Assembly: GCA_018056825.1 (NCBI GenBank)
Contig: JAGPEW010000005.1
Span: forward strand, 1-13,984
Length of the DNA: 13,984 bases
Direction of reading: 5' to 3'
Origin: Candidatus Sordicultor aquaticus
Lineage (GTDB): Bacteria; Atribacterota; Atribacteria; Atribacterales; Caldatribacteriaceae
Shown here: one piece after another, positions 7,649 through 13,984 of the stretch
How the letters are laid out: every line of letters starts with the position of its first letter
Numbering within the stretch: the first letter of the stretch is position 1
The notes under the pieces: model-generated
Seen by the model: only the letters and a program-made list of their open reading frames with translations
What the model was told of the DNA's origin: nothing
Database searches by the model: none
Program-made: the position numbers and the translations under genes

Positions 7649-9796
7649 TTATTCTAAACGGGTCTTTAAGGTCTCAATAGCCTCTGCAAAATGTTTCCTG
7701 GAAATTTTAAGGGAAGCACACTCACTTTTCCCTTCTTTTCCCTCCGTCTTCTTTTTAATAAATTCCCTGATCGCTGCCATAGAGGCTTCCCGGCAGATAG
7801 CTTCTATATCCGCCCCGCTTAAACCTTCTGTTTCTTCGGCTAATCTAGCAGGGCTTACTTCTTCCAGCGGTTTCTTCTTCAGGTGAACCTGAAAAATCTT
7901 TTCTCGGCTCTTTTTATCGGGGAGGGGTAAATCTAAAATCACGTCAAATCTCCCCGCTCTCAGGATAGAAGGGTCTATCAAATCCTTTCTATTAGTAGCG
8001 GCTAAGACTACTACTCCCTTCAGCTCCTCAATCCCATCGAGTTCAGTCAAAAATTGGCTAATTACCCTTTCGGTTACCTGAGAATCACCACTCATCCCCC
8101 GCTGGGGGACTAAAGAATCAATCTCATCTAAAAACAAAATAGTAGGAGCCGCTTGCTTGGCTTTAAGAAATACTTCTCTAACCCCCTTTTCTGATTCTCC
8201 GATATATTTGGACATAAGCTCTGGTCCCTTCACCGCTATAAAATTTACTTCACTTTCATTAGCTAAGGCTTTGGCTATTAAAGTCTTTCCACACCCTGGA
8301 GGTCCAGATAATAGAATCCCCTTAGGCGGCCTGGTATGGGCATAGTCAAATAAATCAGGATATTTTAAGGGCCACTCTACTGCCTCGATGAGGGTTTGTT
8401 TAATCTCCTCCAGTCCGCCTACATCCTCCCATTTTACATTAGGAACCTCCACAAAAACTTCCCTGATGGCTGAAGGCTCTACCTCTTTTAAAGCCTCTCT
8501 AAAATTTTCCATAGTTACCTCTAATTCCAAAAGTAACTTATAAGGAACTTCCTCTAATTCAAAATTAATATTGGGTAAGATGCTTCGCAAGGCGTTCATC
8601 GCTGCTTCTCGGCATAAAGCCTCTAAATCAGCCCCTACAAAACCATGAGTAATCTGAGCTATCCTCTCTAAATCTACATCTTTAGCTAAAGGCATTCCCC
8701 GGGTATGAATATGAAGAATTTCTAAGCGAGCCTTTTGGTCGGGGACCCGGATAGAAATTTCCCGATCAAACCTTCCTGGTCGGCGGAGAGCAGGGTCAAG
8801 AACATTAGGAATATTGGTAGCTCCAATGACTATCACTTCTCCTCGAGATTCTAATCCATCCATCAAAGCTAATAGTTGTGCCACCACTCTTTTTTCCACC
8901 TGCTTTTCTCCCCCCATTTCTTCCCGCTTGGGGGCAATAGCATCAATCTCGTCGATAAAGATTATAGCTGGGGCATTGGCTTCCGCTTCCTTAAATACAT
9001 TTCTTAAACGAGCTTCACTTTCTCCATAAAACTTTCCCATAATCTCGGGTCCACTTATATGGCTAAAATAAGCCTCTGTTTCCTGAGCCACCGCCCGAGC
9101 CATCAAAGTCTTTCCACATCCTGGAGGCCCATAGAGTAAAACCCCTTTAGGGGGTTCAATGCCCAATCTCTCAAAAATTTGGGGATATTTTAAAGGTAGC
9201 TCAATCATCTCTCTAACTCTCTGTATTTCCCGGTCCAACCCGCCAATATCCTCATAAGATATCCTCAATCTTTTCCCTTTTGCCTCTTTCTCCCCTTTTA
9301 ACTCAATAACCGTCCCGCTATGAATCAAAACTACTCCCTGGGGAATAGTAGAAACTACCATAAAGTCAAAACTGCGCGCCCCAAAGAGATTAGCTCTAAT
9401 CCTGTCCCCCGCGACAAGGGGTAGACCTTCTAACAGACTGCCTAAATATTTAGTATCCTCACCACCCCGCATCGATCTCATTAAGGCTAGAGGAGAGAGG
9501 ACTATTTTATCAGCTAAGCGGTATTCAGTCTTTTGAATGCTTACTTTTTCATCTAATCCAGCCTGAGCATTTTCTCTTAATAAGCCATCCATCTGAATAA
9601 TGGCTTTCCCTCTATCTTCGGGGTAGGCTGGCATCACTTTAGCTACCGTCCTTCTTTTGCCATAAACCTCTACTATATCCCCTATTTCCACACCTATTTT
9701 TTTAAAATCGGCGGGGTCTATCCTAACTATTGCCCTGCCTACATCTTTGGGTTTGGCTTCGGATATCTTTAGAGTTAATTCGGTTTCTTTAGTCAT
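7649..9796 (-). CDS. Cdc48/VAT/p97-like double-ring AAA+ ATPase (N-domain + D1 + D2).
   Basis: 715 aa. The N-terminal double-psi-barrel-like segment reads [35 protein letters not shown]. There are two Walker A motifs ([18 protein letters not shown] and [19 protein letters not shown]) and two Walker B motifs ([12 protein letters not shown] and [12 protein letters not shown]). SRH-like arginines are present. Confidence 0.9.
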   Translation of the reverse strand: MTKETELTLKISEAKPKDVGRAIVRIDPADFKKIGVEIGDIVEVYGKRRTVAKVMPAYPEDRGKAIIQMDGLLRENAQAGLDEKVSIQKTEYRLADKIVLSPLALMRSMRGGEDTKYLGSLLEGLPLVAGDRIRANLFGARSFDFMVVSTIPQGVVLIHSGTVIELKGEKEAKGKRLRISYEDIGGLDREIQRVREMIELPLKYPQIFERLGIEPPKGVLLYGPPGCGKTLMARAVAQETEAYFSHISGPEIMGKFYGESEARLRNVFKEAEANAPAIIFIDEIDAIAPKREEMGGEKQVEKRVVAQLLALMDGLESRGEVIVIGATNIPNVLDPALRRPGRFDREISIRVPDQKARLEILHIHTRGMPLAKDVDLERIAQITHGFVGADLEALCREAAMNALRSILPNINFELEEVPYKLLLELEVTMENFREALKEVEPSAIREVFVEVPNVKWEDVGGLEEIKQTLIEAVEWPLKYPDLFDYAHTRPPKGILLSGPPGCGKTLIAKALANESEVNFIAVKGPELMSKYIGESEKGVREVFLKAKQAAPTILFLDEIDSLVPQRGMSGDSQVTERVISQFLTELDGIEELKGVVVLAATNRKDLIDPSILRAGRFDVILDLPLPDKKSREKIFQVHLKKKPLEEVSPARLAEETEGLSGADIEAICREASMAAIREFIKKKTEGKEGKSECASLKISRKHFAEAIETLKTRLE

Positions 9797-9813
9797 ACTT
9801 TTTTTATTCTCCG

Positions 9814-10386
9814 CTATTTTTTATTATAAATTAAGTAGCTAATCTTAATATCCCGGGATAAATACTTATCTACCCGGTGTTCACTTCCTATAAATAAAAT
9901 TCCAGTCTCTCCTTCTCTTAAGGTCTTATTTATTCTCTGGGCGATATAATTATCTCTTCTTATGAGTAATTGCTTACCTCCTTTTTTTTGTTCCTTTTTA
10001 TCCGAAGAGGTGGCTATATCTTTAATATAGTTATACTCCTCAAGGAGTAGATCTTTGCTCTCTGTCCCTTCCAATTTAGCCCCTTTATTAATTAATTCTA
10101 AGATTATCTTATAATTTATGCTCCCTCTTTCGGCTAACTTCTGGACTATTTCTAACTCTTTACCACAAAGAGGCAATCCATCCTGGTATATTCTCACCTT
10201 CTCATAATTCAATTGTAGGCTTTCAATCTTATCCTTTATCCACTGCCAGAGCTCATTTACTAATTTAAGATGTTCTTCCCATTTTTCTTCCCCAAATTTT
10301 AAGACATACTCTTCCCTTAAATGAGTAGCCACCAACCCCATTTCTAGCTCCGTGTGAATGATGGGAATATAAATTAATCTCCTCAA
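9814..10386 (-). CDS. Hypothetical protein (cluster orphan, 190 aa).
   Basis: Intact ORF 17 bp from the Cdc48-like gene and 13 bp from the Hsp20-like gene. No motif recognised. K/E/I-rich. Confidence 0.5.
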   Translation of the reverse strand: MRRLIYIPIIHTELEMGLVATHLREEYVLKFGEEKWEEHLKLVNELWQWIKDKIESLQLNYEKVRIYQDGLPLCGKELEIVQKLAERGSINYKIILELINKGAKLEGTESKDLLLEEYNYIKDIATSSDKKEQKKGGKQLLIRRDNYIAQRINKTLREGETGILFIGSEHRVDKYLSRDIKISYLIYNKK

Positions 10387-10399
10387 TTTTTCTCCTGAC

Positions 10400-10939
10400 T
10401 CAAGCCTTCTCCAGTTTGATCTCTAATATCCCATTTTTGTAAGAGGGCTCCATGCTCTCTTTCTTTACCTTAGAAGGAAGCAATATTTCTTTAGCATATT
10501 TTCTATCCTTATTTTCGGCAGCTAATTTAAGAATATCTTCTTCCAGATTAATTTTAATATTCTCCTCAGCAATTCCCGGTAGTTCCGCAATTACTAAAAT
10601 ATGCTCCTTTTCATCGAATACATCGACTATTGGTTCCCTGACTTCCTCTATTACTGGACCTTTAGGTGTTTCTTTGATATTACCAAAAGTCTCGATTATA
10701 GGTTTATCCCCTACCAGAGTCCTTATGCTAAAACCATAAACCCCTTTAGCCTTTTCCGGTAACCCCTTAATCTCGCCAACTTTTTTAAATTCCCCGCCTT
10801 CTTTACTCACCTTATCTACTAAGTTAATCAAATCACCAATTCCTTTAAATATTCCTCCTAATCTCACTTTCCCCTTACTAAAATCAAATTCTATACCTTC
10901 TTTTTCTTGCTTATCCTCTTTTTCTGTCATTTTTCTCAC
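10400..10939 (-). CDS. gvpH: GvpH-like Hsp20/alpha-crystallin-domain protein (paralog 2).
   Basis: The C-terminus reads VDVFDEKEHILVIAELPGIAEENIK...SYKNGILEIKL. The N-terminal LGGIFKGIGDLINL parallels LGKFIPGLGDITKEL of the 1969-2553 ORF. Confidence 0.6.
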   Translation of the reverse strand: MRKMTEKEDKQEKEGIEFDFSKGKVRLGGIFKGIGDLINLVDKVSKEGGEFKKVGEIKGLPEKAKGVYGFSIRTLVGDKPIIETFGNIKETPKGPVIEEVREPIVDVFDEKEHILVIAELPGIAEENIKINLEEDILKLAAENKDRKYAKEILLPSKVKKESMEPSYKNGILEIKLEKA

Positions 10940-11023
10940 CCCCTCGCATGATGCCTTTTACCTTTTATCTGTAATACCCCTTTATTTACTTTCTTTATAT
11001 TTATGGTGGACTATCTATTCATT

Positions 11024-11794
11024 TTATTTTAAACTCAAATTAACAAAACTATATGGTGGTGTTGGCCCGATATATTTAAACCTTATCCTTTCCCCATACT
11101 GTTTATCTAATTCGCTTATCTGCTGGTCAAACTCTTTTTCCCGAGTCCTATCTACTAAAAAAACTGCATTTATCAGCATCTCATCACCAGAAGTATTATT
11201 AAGATGAAAATCATAAGAAATTCTTTTTAAGCTATTTACTATCTTTTGACCCTCTTGTTCCCTTTTTTCCTCTAAAGCCTTCTTAACCATTTTACCCAAT
11301 TTTACTTTCTCTTTATAATTTTCCTGGTCATTATCCTTCTCCTGGCCTGACCCTTTAGCTATTTTTTCTCTATAAGATTTTATTTTCTCATCTTCCTCCG
11401 CGATCTCTTGAAAAATAAACTTCATCTCTTGCCAGTAAGCCTTTACTCCTAACTCTATCTTATTATCCAGATCCCTTAATAAACCTTTAAGTTCTAAATA
11501 TCTCCTTCTTAAAAGACTGCGCACCTCTTCGGCACTACTTGCCACCGTGCAAAATCTCATCGGAAGAACAGTATAATCTCTCATTACCTCTTCCACTACC
11601 TTTTCATGAGCAATTAAATTCTCTCGACTTATTACATATTTATCCATAGGAAAGTTGCTAATTACGGCGCTAAGGTCCTCATAACCAATAGTGGATACAA
11701 TATCTCCCCGCCCACCAATGCCCAAGGGGCCAAAATTTCTTCCCTCGTTAGTCCCAATAATGCAGTAAATATATTTACCCTCCTCTATCATCAA
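11024..11794 (-). CDS. gvpF: GvpF/L-family protein (paralog 3).
   Basis: KYIYCIIG...DLSAVIS...VLPMRFCTV...ELGVKAYWQ...YIGPTPPYSFVNL. This is the strongest GvpF-like match of the three. Confidence 0.85.
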   Translation of the reverse strand: MMIEEGKYIYCIIGTNEGRNFGPLGIGGRGDIVSTIGYEDLSAVISNFPMDKYVISRENLIAHEKVVEEVMRDYTVLPMRFCTVASSAEEVRSLLRRRYLELKGLLRDLDNKIELGVKAYWQEMKFIFQEIAEEDEKIKSYREKIAKGSGQEKDNDQENYKEKVKLGKMVKKALEEKREQEGQKIVNSLKRISYDFHLNNTSGDEMLINAVFLVDRTREKEFDQQISELDKQYGERIRFKYIGPTPPYSFVNLSLK

Positions 11795-12102
11795 ATCTTC
11801 TCCCTTCGCTGCCTTATTTCCTCCTCTAAGGCTCGAATATAAATAGGGGATAATTTTCTTCCTTTTATTTTAGCCCATTCTTGAGCCATTATTTTACGGG
11901 TAAGGACTCCTAAAGAAGCTACGTTTATCCTCTTTGGTTCCTTCCTCTTCCCTCTAAGCCTTTCCCTTCCTTCTTCTAACCATTTTTCTTCTTCCTTTTC
12001 CTTATCTCCTATTTTTCCAGCCTGATATTCTTTTAAATCTAGATAGGTTATCTCTAAAAAGGAATCTTCTTTTTTCATAACAGGATAGAATTTACCTCCC
12101 AA
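11791..12102 (-). CDS. Hypothetical small basic protein (103 aa, cluster orphan).
   Basis: The ORF lies between gvpN and the gvpF paralog. Its stop overlaps the gvpF start (ATGA). It is K/R/E-rich with no recognised motif. Confidence 0.45.
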   Translation of the reverse strand: MGGKFYPVMKKEDSFLEITYLDLKEYQAGKIGDKEKEEEKWLEEGRERLRGKRKEPKRINVASLGVLTRKIMAQEWAKIKGRKLSPIYIRALEEEIRQRREKI

Positions 12103-12124
12103 ATTAACAAAGCATTGGCCTTAA

Positions 12125-13042
12125 TTAGCAATATTTATTGATGAGAGCCTTTACTATATTTTTTACTTTAGTTTGACTAAGACTACTCCCTAAGCGGCTA
12201 CTCTCCGAAGCTAAAATATCCTGACAAATTTCTCTAAAAATTTTATTCTTAGCACTTACTGCGCCACCTAAAATTCCCAAACTTTTAGCGATCATGATAC
12301 AACCCCGAATAGTGGGTTTAAATTCACATTCTTCATAAGTGCGGAGTTCCCTAACGATATCTACAATTTTTTCTGCCTCAGCATAAGATAATTCAGATTT
12401 AGCTTGAGTAATAGCAATTTCAGTCTCTCGGTCAAAGTAATCTAAATCTATAGTAATCATCCTATCCCGCAAGGCATCCTGACTTCTATGAACCCCAGCA
12501 TATTCTTCGGGATTGCTGGTAAAAATGGCTACAAAGTTAGGATGAACTTTTAAATAATTTTCCTGTCCCCGCGCTACTGGTAAATCCATCATCTTTTCTT
12601 GTAAAATAGAAAGAAGGATATTATTGGCTTCAGGACGAGAACGGGTAAATTCATCATAGATAAGGGTAAAGCCATACTCTACGGCTACAGTCAAACGGTT
12701 ATCTACCCAACTCCTCTGTACATCTTCCTCCGCTTTCATCACCGAATGAATAAAATTATCTACTACTCTCCTGGTCCGATAACCGTGCTCTCCCCCCACT
12801 AAATCAGAGGTAGTAAATTCGTCATCTCCATGAATCATAATTACTGGTCGATTTATTAGATGGGCTATATGTAGGGCTAGAGTGGTCTTTCCGGTTCCCG
12901 TTGGTCCCCTAAAATGGACCGGAAAGCCTGCTCTAATATAGCCTAAGGTTCGCGTCGTTACCTCTTTGGTAAACTTTGTCTCCACAAAATTAGGCAGGGC
13001 GCGAGCTTTTAATACAGTTGCTATTTCGGCTGCCATAACCAT
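12125..13042 (-). CDS. gvpN: GvpN, a CbbQ/NirQ/MoxR-type single-domain AAA+ ATPase.
   Basis: 305 aa with Walker A FRGPTGTGKTTLALHIA and Walker B FTLIYDEFTRS. The overall length and pattern are typical of GvpN. Confidence 0.85.
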   Translation of the reverse strand: MVMAAEIATVLKARALPNFVETKFTKEVTTRTLGYIRAGFPVHFRGPTGTGKTTLALHIAHLINRPVIMIHGDDEFTTSDLVGGEHGYRTRRVVDNFIHSVMKAEEDVQRSWVDNRLTVAVEYGFTLIYDEFTRSRPEANNILLSILQEKMMDLPVARGQENYLKVHPNFVAIFTSNPEEYAGVHRSQDALRDRMITIDLDYFDRETEIAITQAKSELSYAEAEKIVDIVRELRTYEECEFKPTIRGCIMIAKSLGILGGAVSAKNKIFREICQDILASESSRLGSSLSQTKVKNIVKALINKYC

Positions 13043-13057
13043 AAATCACCTCACCGT

Positions 13058-13453
13058 TTAATATTCAATATCCACTTCTTTAAAATTGGAAAGCTTAGAA
13101 CCTTTTGTAGCTATTGGAGGGGGGTCTGCTCTTCTCTCGCGCTCCTTCTGAAGTTTGCGTCTTAATTCCATAATTTTTCGGTTTTTATTCACTATCATAG
13201 CTAATTTCCTTCGGCTAGCCAGAAGTCTCTCCCTGTTTCTCTGCATAGCCAAATCCTGTTTAGTAAACCTTTGTCTTTCTCTTTCTAAAGCCTTAGCCAA
13301 GTCTTCTTCATCTACCAAAGAGTACATTTCTTTTAATTCTTCCTCGGTTTTAGATAAAGAATTAGTAGTTTTAATTTTTTGTTCTTCTCTATTCTCCCTA
13401 CTGGTTTTGATATCTCGAAAGGTCTTAATGTTTCTTAAACTTTCATTTTTCAC
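13058..13453 (-). CDS. Hypothetical R/K/E-rich coiled-coil protein in the GvpC-like position. Predicted GTG start.
   Basis: 131 aa, for example RERQRFTKQDLAMQRNRERLLASRRKLAMIVNKNRKIMELRRKLQKERERR. The start codon is GTG (cac at 13451-13453), preceded by the Shine-Dalgarno AGAGGTGG. It lies directly upstream of gvpN. Confidence 0.5.
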   Translation of the reverse strand: MKNESLRNIKTFRDIKTSRENREEQKIKTTNSLSKTEEELKEMYSLVDEEDLAKALERERQRFTKQDLAMQRNRERLLASRRKLAMIVNKNRKIMELRRKLQKERERRADPPPIATKGSKLSNFKEVDIEY

Positions 13454-13500
13454 CGTTAACCACCTCTATTATTTTTTCGCCAATATTGGTAAAATATCTT

Positions 13501-13522
13501 CTCTCCCCTTTACTCGGGAGAG
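13501..13522 (-). promoter_or_regulatory. GC-rich hairpin (7-bp stem, 8-nt loop) in the 128-bp spacer upstream of the cluster.
   Basis: ctctccc(13501-13507)-ctttactc-gggagag(13516-13522) is a perfect inverted repeat. On the minus-strand transcript it is followed by AAGATATTTTACC. It could be a weak terminator or attenuator between the regulator gene and the gvp operon. Confidence 0.3.
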
Positions 13523-13581
13523 TCCTGGAATCCTTCCGGATATTATGCCTATAAATATTTAACGACTAAGCCAATTTTTGT

Positions 13582-13950
13582 CTAAAGAGGGTAATACAAA
13601 TTATCTTCTTTCCTGATCTTGTTTTCTTCTACCAACTCTTTAGTTATGGTTATATACCATCTCCAATCTTTACCTATTTCTGCACCAATTTCCACAAGCT
13701 TTATCCCCTCAGGATGAGATTTTATTAAATTTAATACCTGCTCTTTCTCTTTCTCGGAGGTTTCCTCCCCCATCTTCTCCACTTTTTCTAGAACTTCTTC
13801 TTTTGTTTTTTTACCTTCAGAAACTGTAGAAACCGGCTTTACCCCTCTTCTCTTTTCTTGCAGACTAGAGGTCAACTCTTGCCAGGAAGCAGACATCTCC
13901 TTTAGATCAGCCCTTATCTCCTCTTGAACTTTATGAAAATCACTTAACAT
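13582..13950 (-). CDS. Putative winged-helix DNA-binding protein. It may be 5'-truncated by the window, since the frame stays open to 13984.
   Basis: The C-terminus reads EQVLNLIKSHPEGIKLVEIGAEIGKDWRWYITITKELVEENKI, which is wHTH-like. There is no in-frame stop between the first ATG (13950) and the window end. Confidence 0.45.
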   Translation of the reverse strand: MLSDFHKVQEEIRADLKEMSASWQELTSSLQEKRRGVKPVSTVSEGKKTKEEVLEKVEKMGEETSEKEKEQVLNLIKSHPEGIKLVEIGAEIGKDWRWYITITKELVEENKIRKEDNLYYPL

Positions 13951-13984
13951 ACTACTTACTTCACTTTTTATCCCCTGATTATAG

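Noticed and set aside
13058-13453. Calling the 131-aa R/K-rich protein GvpC.
   Set aside because: Only the position (upstream of gvpN) and the charged helical character support this. No 33-aa GvpC repeats are visible, so it is left as hypothetical.
1-13984. Searched for tRNA, rRNA, CRISPR repeats, IS elements or transposases, integrases and long direct or inverted repeats.
   Set aside because: No T-loop-like GGTTCGAATCC motifs and no regularly spaced repeats were seen. No transposase or integrase-like ORFs were found.

Overview
The window is AT-rich, roughly 35-40% GC by eye. Every credible gene is on the minus strand, most separated by 0-25 bp or overlapping at start/stop codons. The + strand is pyrimidine-rich, so the mRNAs are purine-loaded. 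From about 1344 to 13453 the window is one large, divergent gas-vesicle (gvp)-like gene cluster. Recognisable homologues, read from protein motifs in the sequence, are GvpN (a CbbQ/NirQ-type AAA+ ATPase) and three GvpF/L-family paralogs, each ending in GPxPPYSF. There are also GvpG, GvpK and GvpO, plus three Hsp20/alpha-crystallin GvpH-like paralogs. Several things make it unusual. No canonical ~70-aa GvpA is present inside the window. Instead there are two GvpA/J/M-like proteins with novel C-terminal fusions: one carries a zinc ribbon, the other two bacterial-PH/GRAM-like domains plus a zinc ribbon. Two stand-alone double-zinc-ribbon proteins share the same CPxCG...CxxCGW signature. A full-length Cdc48/VAT-like AAA+ ATPase (N-domain plus D1 and D2) sits inside the cluster in addition to GvpN. 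One GvpF/L homologue has an N-terminal domain resembling the archaeal/eukaryotic ribosomal P1/P2 stalk dimerisation domain, followed by a charged linker. One Hsp20-like protein is fused to a winged-helix domain. Several small charged orphan ORFs complete the cluster. A putative wHTH regulator lies immediately upstream (13582-13950+, possibly running off the window). Downstream of the cluster, after a 506-bp AT-rich spacer, are a LOG/TIGR00725-family Rossmann protein and a partial RNase HI. The P-stalk-like domain, the Cdc48 unfoldase and the K/E/I-rich proteins hint at an archaeal and possibly thermophilic source, but that is inference. No tRNA, rRNA, CRISPR array or mobile element was found.
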